Assembly: GCA_051294905.1 (NCBI GenBank)
Contig: CM119371.1
Span: forward strand, 16,060,001 to 16,124,000
Length of the DNA stretch: 64,000 nucleotides
DNA from: Botryllus schlosseri
Lineage: Eukaryota
Direction: 5' to 3'
In this document: positions 25,491 to 37,518 of the stretch, piece by piece
How positions within the stretch are numbered: the stretch's first letter is position 1
Layout of the letters: every line of letters begins with the position of its first letter
Program-made: the position numbers and the translations under genes
The notes under the pieces: generated by a model
Told to the model about the DNA's origin: nothing
Seen by the model: only the letters and a program-made list of their open reading frames with translations
Database searches by the model: none

Positions 25491-28400
25491 CAGACATGGG
25501 GTGATTACTTCATGAATGTAATCGATGCGATTACGATTACTTCTGAATCACGCGATTACGATTACGATTACGATTACAGCAAAATCAGGAAGTAGTCGAT
25601 TACGATTACATTGGAAAAATAATCACGATTACTCACGATTACACTTATTTTGCTTTTCAGAAGCAATCTTAAAAGATATTTGGAAGGCAATATAAGGATT
25701 GCGACAGAAGGCTTAAATTGTGATAACATCTTTCTTTATAGATGACACGTCATTTGCTTGTTACGTCATAATGGGACCATTATCCAACTTGGGGGATGAT
25801 TTATCGCACCCACCGATTTGCATACTTTTCACGTCCGTAACTGCCGCACCCCAAACTTCTCAATCGGGTGGGGAACGAGCTCGACAGGGACTAAAAAGTA
25901 GGGATGGTACGAACCCCTGAAAGGTTCAGATTTTTGTGAACGTGAACCTTTTTGAAAGGTTCTGTGCGAATGCGAACGTGTCGCCACGTGTCGTCATATT
26001 GGTAATTCCAACCTTGCAGCGGTGAAGCGATATATAAATGTACCATGTACGTACACGATACATAGCGGCGACTCAGGCCACATTAAGCCGCAATACTGTG
26101 TAGTACATGCTGACTTTTTAAAAGTCACAAAATGTATCAGCTGAAGCAATCATATGCTATAAGATAACCTCATAAAATCAATATCTTCCGTCGCTTTGCC
26201 GACAATTTTGACTGGGCTGGCAAGGGAATATAAGCTTTCGTCTTAACGGACGAGGACAGACCGGACAATGTATTCGGTGTCGGACTATTGCGACATTAAT
26301 GTTGAGAAAAGTGAAAAACTGGATTCTATATTTGCTACCGATATTACCCAATAAAAATGTTATACAATAGCCAACACCCTAATCGCACAGATTTGTTTTT
26401 TTTTATGATACAATAAACAAATGAAATCAAGATGGAGACCGTACACCTGCTGGATTTTTTACATTAGACAACGACGTATTCTTTATATAAATTTCAATAT
26501 TGGTTGAATAAGCATCACTCACTGACTACATACATGTAGCCTACTGTATTTCGTTCGTGATGTTGTATGATTGTGGGTGAAGCTCACAGCATAGAGTTAA
26601 TAAATATTCACAATCGGATAGCTGAATATTTCGAGCAAACCATTATAACAAAGCAAGGAACATTTTAGAGATTAGCAAGTCGTATGATCGTTTAGTGTTG
26701 ATTTTTTATGCTATCTGCGCCTTGCATAGAGCAGCCTGAAGTTGAAATGCAAATAATTTAAACCAAGATGTGATAATGAGGTGGAAAAATTGTGATACAT
26801 GAGAAAAGTCCACAGTGCAGAACTTACCAAGTTTCGTTTGTGAACGTGAACCTCTAGATTTCTGAGGTTCACTCACAGTACGCGAACGTGAGCCTCACAT
26901 TCACACCATCCCTACTAAAAAGTTTTTCGTAAATCAACATAAATTATAGAGTTTTTTTTTTTGAGAGATTTAATTTACTTAAAACTTTTCTTCGAGGTTT
27001 GCGATTTTTGGCTCTAGATAGCCTGATTTTGAAATGCATACGTCTCCCCCCAAGAAAAAAGCATGCCTGATTCATAGCAGTAGGCATTTTGGTGCTGGTA
27101 ATTACCGCGCCACGACACTCCAAAAGACATATGCAATTTCGACCAACATGCGACTTCACGAAGTGTGCTACCAAAGAAAGACCTCGGCTGAAACTTTAGG
27201 TATGGGTCCATTGTCAATAGCCACGTTGGATGGACGTGACAAATAGTCCTGTCCTTCCAATCAGAGCCCACAATACAAATGTCATCCCTGAAACCCCCAC
27301 AGAGGAATGAAGAGATGACAATTTATGTGTGCGTCTCACGAAAGTTTTAGTCTGATACGTTTGGGCGACTATACAATATCTTTTGATTATATAGCAGACG
27401 GGAGGTAACGAAACTACATACAATAAAGTAATTTTAACAACATAAAAGATGTTATAATTATGAATTACGTGCTCCCAGCCCTAACGGTAAATGTGATCAT
27501 CAGGGGCTGATGGAGGATTACAAATGAATAGTATTATAATGCGATTACCAATACTACTGTAGAGATCCAGTCATCAACCTGAAAATTGACCACCCTATCG
27601 GGCCCAAGTCCAACGTATGTGGAGGGGGACGAATTGTTGTTATGGTCCTGATTCTATAGCTACAACCCACGCGGATGGCTATGGCGGCAGATTCAAATGT
27701 TGAGTAGAGAATTGCGAAATAGCGATTGGCGCTCGTTTCAAGTACAGTCGTATGAGTAAAAGATAAAGTGAACATAAAATTCTGCCTTCCACTTAATACA
27801 GGCACAGCAAGCTGACGTTACGAGAAACGGCAAAGAATGGCATGGTCATGATATATATCAGCAGCTGTTGGCTTTAATACTTCTTTGTGGAAATCATAAT
27901 GTTTCATTTGACGAGTACAAAATTTCAAATCTTTGTCCGGTGTACTTACGCACGTACAGAGGCCTACTGCTCGCCAAGCAAGAACGGTCCAACTGCGATT
28001 TTAACTAAGCATAACCAAACATAAATACATGAATTACTATTTGAAATTAGACAGAGTGGTGATTATTATCCTGCTGCAAGGTAGTGGCGTCTGGGGTGTA
28101 TTGATAACCTGATATACAGCATGGCGAGTGTTCTTACAATTAGCCTGCACTACAATCTACAATGTACAGTGTACACTGTACAGCGAGTACCTATTTACTA
28201 AGTGTTGAGTGGATACTTCTTACGCATTGACGAGCAAAGCTAATACTTCTGACGTAATAATGAGCAGTCTTGTTTGGAAATCAAACGTTGATGCTACCAA
28301 TAAAACTGGTGTAATATCTCCTCCTTGTTCACAAATTTTCAGTTTATGTCATATAGTCCTCGTACAAATAAAAAGTAATCGTTATTTGACAAAGAAATCG

Positions 28401-28539
28401 ATTGGATATGTGAAGTATTATTATGATTATGATTACTTCGGATTTTTTTCGAATGTAATCGATTGCGATTACGATTACTTCAAAATGCTGTAATCGTCGT
28501 AATCGATTACGATTACTAATCGCGATTACCCCATGTCTG
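25491..28539. mobile_element. Non-autonomous hAT-type element with (GATTAC)n subterminal arrays, copy 1
   Basis: TIR CAGACATGGGGT and perfect TSD CTTGTGAT. Confidence 0.9.
25899..26914. mobile_element. Nested GTGAAC-family MITE
   Basis: TIR TAGGGATGGT, perfect TSD CTAAAAAG, and absence from the homologous site in copy 2 (about 60495). Confidence 0.9.
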
Positions 28540-28599
28540 CTTGTGATTCATAGACTTATTCGCTGTAGTAATCCATGCTTCAGTACTTGACATAATTCA

Positions 28600-28890
28600 A
28601 GGCGGACCCCTGCTGTTTTTTGAAGTGGCGAGATGGTGTATATTGGTATAATCCACAGCTGGATTGGGTTGCGGGTTCGTGTCCAACCGAGATCGACTCC
28701 AGAATTCCTACCAAAGTGCTGGAGGTTTATCTACGCTCCTCCTCGCCATCTCATCCGCGCAGGCGGTGTCTTATAAAAGCCTAAAAGTGGGCCGTGGTAG
28801 AAGTCGGCAGCTGCGGCATAAAATGGAGAACATCGGCCTGGCGTAAATGATGATAATAGTCGATAAGCACCATATACCACAAACAAACCT
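28600..28890 (+). mobile_element. tRNA-derived SINE
   Basis: A-box-like GTGGCGAGATGGT (28625), B-box-like GGGTTCGTGTCC (28673), an AAAC tail, and flanking 47-bp direct repeats. Confidence 0.65.
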
Positions 28891-29596
28891 GACTTCTTCG
28901 CTGTAGTAATCCATGCTTCAGTGCTTGACATAATTCACGACGATCGTATAATTCACTTATACCCGAGGGCCCTCTGGTGTTAACCTATTTAACAGCAATC
29001 AATACGAGATTGCGTTCGCACTGAAAGGATTGTCCTATCACATCTGGAACGATGCGGGATATAAATTCCACATCGATGACTAAGCTACAAATCACCGGAT
29101 TGCTTGTAGTATTTCATTGCGGTAGATATAATTTATCCCGATTTATTCAGTGTGGCGAGTTGGTTCAATGCGGAGCTTCAATAACCGTTCTTATGTTGTG
29201 ACACAAGATAGTATCCGTGGAAACACGAATGACGATGGACTATATTCGAAGTGTTCGAGTTTACAGTTGAGCATCCTGTAGTCCCCACAACGCATACGCA
29301 TGTCCAATACCGCGTCACCACATCAGAGGGGATAAAAATAAGTCAACTTTATCGTCATGTCCAGCAGTTTAGAACTATTCAACCAATCAATTGTTGTATT
29401 TTTTGCCAATGTCATTGTTTGTATACAAAGGCGTTTCTAAAATAGAGCCCTATGATTCGTAATTTTATGGATTATGTATTAAGTTAATATTGAAGCATTC
29501 CACAACTGAATGGATTTGAAGGTAACGCTTTGGGGTAATTTGATTATTCCGTCCGCAACCGATACAAGATTTGAATTCGAATCACGATCCATCATA

Positions 29597-31450
29597 GTGT
29601 GTTTGACATCACTGATTTACAAAAAAGAGGTTTCCGTGAACATGTCTTCTACGGGTTTCCGATTCCTGTGAGAATACATGGACGCGCAAACCGACATTTT
29701 AGGACTAGGTTGGGGAATAAAAGCATTCATAGAAACCGAAAAAGTGATTTGCATCAGACACCGCAGATCAGTGGGTCGCATCTCACAAGCCCTCTATGAT
29801 AACCATACACAGCCTGTCTCAAACGATAGCTGTAGTGTCGCAATGATTACGAAGATGGTCTACAGATTTCAAAATAGAATTTGCGTCAGAAACTTTGATG
29901 ATTGATGTAGGCAAATTATAGGTTGCTGAATCCGATCATGTGCTCAGAATTGCTCCATCACGTGAGATGTTATTGCTGTAAACTTTGGTCAGTTTCTTGA
30001 ATTGATCAATCTCGATTGTGGTTGGTGACATTACGGTGAGCCTATAACAGCAAAAGTTCAACTATTGTTCTTGAAATCATGTATGATGAAACCTGGGCTG
30101 GGCTGTTGTAAAACAGAACGACTGAGTTTTCGGTGAGATTTAGTCCAGTGCTTTTCAATTCTCTTTGAATCAGGACCTCTTTTCGACTTTTGACGAAACC
30201 ATTTTTTTACTTGGAGCAGTTTTCATCCTTATATATCGTTATAGTTTTAAAGATTGTAGTTGGTAACTCCATACTTAACTTAGTCCCATCCGTTATCATT
30301 AAACAGCAGACTTGATCGGTCAATGCATTTTGTGACAGCACACTGCTTCTTCGTAAAACGTAAAAGTTTGTAAACAATAAACATATGATATTGTTCGTAT
30401 ATAATGTAGAAGAAAATTATGCACTCTGGTACATTACCCAAATGTGTGATCCTATATAAGCTTGTTTAATACATTAAAAAAGTCATAGGATATCTGCTTT
30501 CCCCAGGAATCAAACTGCTGATCTTGCTAACTTGAAGGCGTATGGTTATCATCCCGATTGTTATCCAGTTTGAATATACTGACATTTTATCGGAATCGAA
30601 GAAAGTGATTACTAAACTATTTTTCTTCTGGCTTATTTCCATGATATGAAGGCCTTTTGCATTGTCTATTATAGACAACCAGATGAATGGAGACTGTTTA
30701 TTGACACATAAAACCCTGAAGTGCGTGTTACTTCTGAACAAATGTAAATATATGCATCGATTCCAGGACATCCGATTCGTTTCAACGTATATCATTCTGT
30801 GATACTTGAAAAGGCATTGGAAAAACTGAAGTATACAGCTTTATAGAACGATCATTAGTGGGAATAATGTGTAAATATAAAAATCATGAACTTTGGGACG
30901 GTAGGCCTACACAGTACACACTAAGTATAGGCTACCCTGTAGCCTATCTTCGCAGAACCAAATATGAGCATTGGTAAATTATTATTTATGTTTTTGAATG
31001 ATCTCGAGCACTTGTGTTTGTGTTTGGCATGACAAAACGTCAGTTTTGAATATATTAACCTTTACATTTTCATGGAGGTGTCTGACTTGCCGTAATATTT
31101 TAGTATGTAACAGGGCGGTCACAGTGAGAACAAGTAACGCCTTACATTTCTACTCAATAACAAGTGGAAGTTGTACTTTGTAAGACATGCCAGAACTACT
31201 TCATGGGGAAGACGAAAATGAAAGGTCAGAAAGTACTAATTCAGTATGTGTTCAAGTATATTTGGTCGCAGGGGAGTCACATACTTTGAGCAGCTACTCG
31301 GAGGTTGCTACATACGAAATTGCCAGATGTGTCTTCTCGGCTGACAGAAAATGAATATACTGACACTGCCCATTGGTAGAATCTTAAAAAAATGTATTCA
31401 GTTGCCGTGATTCAGGGGTATTTGACTCATGGGTGTACTGCAGCCTTATC
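29597..31450 (+). mobile_element. Highly degraded Chapaev-3-like (CMC) transposon relic
   Basis: Scattered motifs LTFYRNR, PDEWRLFID, LKCVLL, YASIP and ALEKLKY in shifting frames (30575-30835). The family label comes from recalled motifs; boundaries are approximate. Confidence 0.6.
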
Positions 31451-31622
31451 CTTAAACGACTTTCTAACCTTCAAAATTAAAATCGCAGGAGAAACTATTT
31501 TGTCAACCGTCAATTGGACCCACGGTTGAATACCACTGACCAGGAGCTATAATCTTTTACTTTGAAAATTACTCAAGTAAGCAATTCGTTGAAGCGATAG
31601 CAGACGATATATATAATGTTAA

Positions 31623-32089
31623 GATCTTGGTTGCTTTCACACCTTATTTAACGTCCATTTGCGAGGAGGTTTGCAAATTTATTTGCATCATGCACCGCAG
31701 ATCAGTGACTCGCATCTCACGATTCGATTATGATAGGGTTGCCAATACGTCAGGAATTTCCGGAACACACTGCGGCAACATTGCCATTATGTTTATGAAA
31801 TGTGTATTATTATTGTTGTCATGTCTATTCTTGTGTCTTACTGAGCAATAGACGTTAGTAGATGCGGTTTTGTAAAGTGATATGGTGTAGTCCGCAATTT
31901 CACTGTTAAAACTGCGTTCGGGAGGAAATTCTAAAATATGCCTAAATTTCCGGAATTTTGAAGGCTTGAAGTAGGCTCAAATTTTCTTCGTAAATGAACA
32001 TAAATAATATCATTTTAAGCAATTTATGCTATTTGAAAATTATTACTTTGCAAGTGGACGTTAAATAAGGTGTGAAAGCAACCAAGATC
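31623..32089. repeat. 40-bp inverted repeat (39/40) enclosing a patchwork insert
   Basis: 31623-31662 matches the reverse complement of 32050-32089. Confidence 0.85.
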
Positions 32090-32181
32090 AAGAAAGTAAT
32101 TTCGAAAAGTAGTCGTGAATACACTATCGTGGACACTGGACCGTCCAATATTGGAAGCGGACATAACCGGACGGCCTAGAG

Positions 32182-33415
32182 CAGGGGTTCTCAGCCCTTT
32201 CTTGGCCGTGGCCCATTTTCCGATTTGAAAATGTGCTATGGCCGACCTCTTATACTAGAGTCATAATCCTGTTCATTGCGTGGTGATCGACGGCGCGGAT
32301 ATGCCTATTTCTCTAAAGTATGCGCATTTTCTCCTACTTTACTGATGATATTTAAATCTAAACCTCTCGGGACATGAAATCACGCGAAGCGCGACGAAAA
32401 TGTTCAAGTTAAATAACTATCTTTCAACAAGCGACCAATGAAATAATTTTGGGCCCCTTCTAGCTCCCCCAATAGGGTTTGGGTGCGGTAGATCATAGGC
32501 TAAAACTGGTGAGTATTTTATGATCGTCCGCTGCTCCATTCGCGTCGCGAAACACAATGATCGAATCCCCGCATACACTGCGTCATTGGGATTTTGACTG
32601 CACTATTGTGGGGAATAATAGAATCATTTTGGGCCAGCTTCAAACAATTCATTGGTGAATGGGGTACTACAGAGGAGTGGAGAAAGATTTTTTAATATGC
32701 ATGCTGTACCATGTACATTGTATGTCTCGTACCAAGCCAACTGAAGTTGCGATGTAAGAATATTCATTCCAATGATACAATCAATTCATGTGACTCTTAC
32801 GTTATATACATTAATTTCCAGGCCGGACATTTTAAACCGAATCCAAAGATTAATGCGCTCCGATAAATCCTCAATCCATCATGATTCGTTGCGGTGGTGC
32901 AGTAGGCCTATACCTCCACCAGAAGTTGCTAATAATTTGCAATTATGGCTATTTTTATCTTGAAATAATACGACCTGCCGAAAGTACAGTAAACCTATAC
33001 ATCAATTACACTTCATTCCGAATTTATTGCACACCCCTTTCAACGACATATGACCCCGCCAGAATACTTGGTTACTTCAGCATTAGTTTCCAGTGATTAT
33101 ATACGCAAAATTATTTTAGTTGCTGTTAGCCGTAGGTTGTCATAACCAGTGGAAAAAGCCGCCGTTCCTCCCTTCCGTTTTCGACTTGAGCATGCTGACT
33201 CCATACGTACCACTACGTCTCATCAGAGTCAGATGAAAAGTTTTAAGTAGCCTACGTATAATTAGATAATATGAATATAATATTTTCTAGCGATTAACAT
33301 CACAAATATTACTAAACTTACATTATTTTTAAAATTTTCTAAATAGCTTTGTGGCCCACCTCAAATGCTCTTGTGGCCCACCAGTGGGCCATGGCCCACC
33401 CTTTGAAAACCCCTG
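32182..33415. mobile_element. hAT MITE
   Basis: CAGGGGTT..AACCCCTG termini, perfect TSD GCCTAGAG, and empty paralogous sites at about 49345 and 59695. Confidence 0.9.
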
Positions 33416-35061
33416 GCCTAGAGAGTGTTGTTACTTCCCAGGGAATTATATTTTATATAATTGAACAGCATGAGGATTTACAATCGAACAGCAATACATT
33501 CATATTGACATGAACCCGAATAATTGCGGTTGACACTCGTCATGGGTAATCGTCAGCAACTTTGTAGAGAATCGGCAAGAACATTGTATAGTAACAATAC
33601 ACAAAATATGACGTCACCGGCATGAAATTTCGAGTTATTGAAGCGAAGAGAGCGCTCAAGATCCAGTAAACTGCTTGACACTTCAAGAGATGTTTCCAAG
33701 TTAGTGTTTGTGACGATATTGCTTCTGCGCACTCCTCTGTCGATCTGAATCGAAGTTTTCATGCCTGGTTTAGATTGTTTAGATTTCAGAGATTTAGCCT
33801 TCCAATATTAATATTTTTAGCGCTCAAACATTGAATATTCGTCGATTTTTTTTCTCGTACTCCATATCAGGGTTGTAATGACTCGAGTCATGACTCGACT
33901 AATTTTACCTCGCGACAGCACCAGTTCAAGCTTTTAATATGCATGTCAAATAAATTTCTTGCAAAGGAAAAATTTCTTCGCCCCTCGCGCGATTTCCTGT
34001 GGTAGATTTCTGGGCATCCGAGGTCACTGTGTCGGGTACATTAGGCAATAAGCGAGACATGCAGAAAAGTTGCTGCTACAATATGGCTGTATCATTCAAA
34101 TGTGTCGACCCATGTATTACACAGATCGGCTCGAATTCATGATAAGATTTGTCAGACATTGGTTTGTCTGGAAAACACTGTCGCATATCGCTGGGAGGCT
34201 TCAGTGTAGAGGTGTGAAACAATCGGTTACGGGACTATATGACACAGGCATTTCTCGGCCTACCCTTATACACCGGAACACATGAAAACATGAAGTTTTC
34301 GCCATCACATTACTGACCAAAATGCGATGTCAACAAGATGTGCGGAGAAGAAACCAAAATGACCGTAACTGGTTGGCGGAACCTTGGATATTGATATACC
34401 CGGTTGTTGAAATGGTCGGCACCGGCACAGTTGTGTCCTTGCAATCTGAGTATAGACAGTAGTACAAAGCAGTACAAATGCAACCCGCAAGAGAAAAATA
34501 ATGCACACCAATTTGAAATAGTGCGCGACAGAAATGTTTTATGGAGCTGCGTTGCGTTCAACGATGCCAAAATAATAATACCAGTTGCAATCTAAATACG
34601 TCGGTATCATAGATAATTTGCAGCTTGAATTCAGCATCCCGCAAGTCATTGCGCCTCATACTTGATTATTCCGTGGCGACATTTGTGACCTGCATTTGTT
34701 CAGTAGCGCAGCTAGAAGGCTCGGTGGCTCGATTTTAGCTGGCGTGACTCATCTGAATACGACATCGTGCTCAAATTAAACCCAAAATATGATAAGAATC
34801 GACGGCATCGTGCGTGGCATCTGTCAAAACTTTAAACGTGAGATCACATAAATGCGCGGATCTTTCGTGCAACAGACAAGATAGTAAAGGCATAGGCAAG
34901 ACGATATAAAATACGCACCGATGTCGTTGAAGAGATCTAATGGCACGACATCCGATTTCATCTGAGTTAATAAAATTGATAAATGACATCAGAAATTTCA
35001 GAGGCAGCTTAAAACGCGACGCATTTTCAATCTAGTTGTATTCGAACTCAGGAGCACAAAC

Positions 35062-35283
35062 ATGGTGAATATACTTCTCGCCTTCGCAACTATAATCACC
35101 GAGCTGCTATTTTTCGTAGATGATGCGGGTGCAAGTGAGTCATAAATCTTTTTCAAGTCATGCTACAGATAACGAAATATATTGATGATTTTAGTTCCAT
35201 GCACCGCTACCGCTGACTGCCCTCCTGGCTTCGGTACCCCTTATTGCGTTTACGGACAGTGCTATTATTATGGCATTGGGTGA
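35062..35283 (+). CDS. Small secreted cysteine-rich peptide precursor, 2 exons (35062-35134, 35195-35283), 53 aa
   Basis: Exon 1 is hydrophobic (MVNILLAFATIITELLFFVDDAGA) and is followed by donor GTGAGT, a 60-nt intron ending TTTTAG, and exon 2 IPCTATADCPPGFGTPYCVYGQCYYYGIG-stop. The stop overlaps another GTGAGT, so a third exon is possible. Confidence 0.65.
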
Positions 35284-37518
35284 GTATAAGCGTATACATT
35301 TATTCCAAGTTCCTGAATTTGTTGCTTGAGATATGTTAACATGAAATATGTGAACATGTTGGTGGATCTAGCTAAACTTTGTCAATCAAAAAGGCACCAT
35401 TCGTTTAGTGACTGGTGAGTGATCATCGACTATGGCAGATGCGTTATCGACAGGACAACGCTCACACTTGTGGGCACTTCGCATACCTCAATACACTTCA
35501 TAAATACGGTACGGCGTGACAATAAAGATATGCATAAATCCAGTCGAGGCGACTCTAAGCCGTTTAAGGTGACTTCTGAATATCGAGGAAAGACTTGATG
35601 CAGACTAGCATCGAACGCATGGACGTGATGGCCGGAATCAGTCTTGCTTTCTGCTGGTGATCGAAAACATGCCCATGCCCAGCCCATACAATGTTAATAA
35701 CACCAAAATAATGCCTTGTAGCCAAGCCAAATTCAGAATGAGTTCAATTTTACTCCGTGTATCATAAGTTTTTTTTTATAAGTATACCATTAGAATTAGA
35801 TGTTAATTATACAATCCGGTATTGTAAACGCATTATCTAAAGATATTACCAAATTCGTAAGAGACATCCGATAAAACTTCGTGCCTCGCGAGAAAAATTG
35901 ATAAGAACTGCCACGCCGTTATAGTCACGCATTGCATTGAATGTATATGCGCGAGTTATCAAATTGATTCACATACAATTGAGGTATAAATTCACAATTA
36001 TGTCTGGTTCCATGTCACGTGTTACGTCATAGCCATGTCCGTCTGAAACAGGTACAGGCAGCGGATACGCAACGCAACCTTCTGGAGTCAGATTACGCAT
36101 CAAAAAGTCAATAACACGATATAAACATTAGCTCTGCATTATAATATTGATGTAGGAACGAGCTCTATCACATAAAGGCATATATCTTCCGTTGCACAAA
36201 TGATATGCATTCATAGTGTCATTAAATAGCAATCGCTAATCTGCGTATATCAATGCTCAGGCAATCGATACGGTATCTGAAGAAGTCTATGCGCAATGTG
36301 CATTGCATATGCTTTAAATTGCATCATTTTATGTAGTTGAGAATTTTAATGTGGCTCCATCGTACTTTCTGGATTGAAATGCAGCTCCGACATCAAAAAA
36401 GGTTGGGAACCACTGATATAAACCCCAACTATAGTGACTTTCACTGGAGTCGGGGATCGTTGTCACCATGCTTTTCAATGAATACAGCAGTGTCAGAGAT
36501 GTAACGTTACATGGACCCATGTTTTTGCCTTCAATGGCAAAAGTTGAGCCTACTATTCGATATCTGCATGAAGCAACAAAGATTTTATGTTGATACGTAT
36601 TTTTCTCTTTCAAGCAGGTAGAAAGAAGATATGAAACGGGAATAATGTATGAAGTATTTGGAAATGTGTTCGATTTCTAACATTCAATATTTCAAATAAA
36701 TCATATCGCAAAAGAGATGGGATATTAATTGCATTCCAGGCTAGCACTGTTATGTAAAACGTTTTTGCCGTTTGATGTTAATCAGGTTCTATAAAAGGCA
36801 GTGATAGTATTTATCAGATCCGATATCAAAGTTTTGTTTAACGGTAGATGATGACTGATGCAACAAAGGACAGGATTACGTTAAAAATGGTATATAAATC
36901 GTCTGTTTTTGATGGTAACGTCAATACCAGCGTCACCGTAGATTTGAATATAAAAAATGCTCCGAGGAGCACTGCGCTGAAAAAGTGATGACGTCTCGAA
37001 TGCGGTAAACGTAGCTGTAAGCTGCGTTGTATAAATAATTTTGTCCCCGGTACACTCAACATACCGTGCATAATGAACAGAGAATTGGAGTACCAAAAAT
37101 GATCAACATTTAACCGACTGCATCAAGAGGCGTTATTGAACGTAGTATTTCTAAGTTTTCGAACATGATCTGCCTCCTTGTACAACTTACTACCTGCTCA
37201 ACCGTTATTATCTTTGAATAGTTCTACAGTTTATTGAGCCAAGACAAGGTCTGAAATTCTATCTTCATTACTCACTTGGAAACCCCTGCTTCAACTTGTT
37301 CAAGAGTAGCAATTTACGTCATTCACTTGATGACTATTCTTGCCATCACGCGATCCAGGAGCCCCTCACCGAACCATGAGAGATTCCTCAATACTTCTCA
37401 GAAACATGTCTGTGATAAATGAGAAGACCGTGCGCAGGTTTTGAAATACACATATTCTGGAGCACTGACAAGGAACTTGGCCCTCCCCTGACCGAGTGGT
37501 CCGTGCTTTTGTCATAAG

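Noticed and set aside
25491..28539. (GATTAC)n, GACTCGAGTC and CCGACT arrays as CRISPR-like or telomeric repeats
   Set aside because: There are no unique equal-length spacers. The arrays are subterminal in TIR/TSD-bounded elements, consistent with transposase-binding sites.
34262..34445. AG/GT-bounded minus-strand segment with several cysteines
   Set aside because: All three frames contain stops and no domain pattern was convincing.
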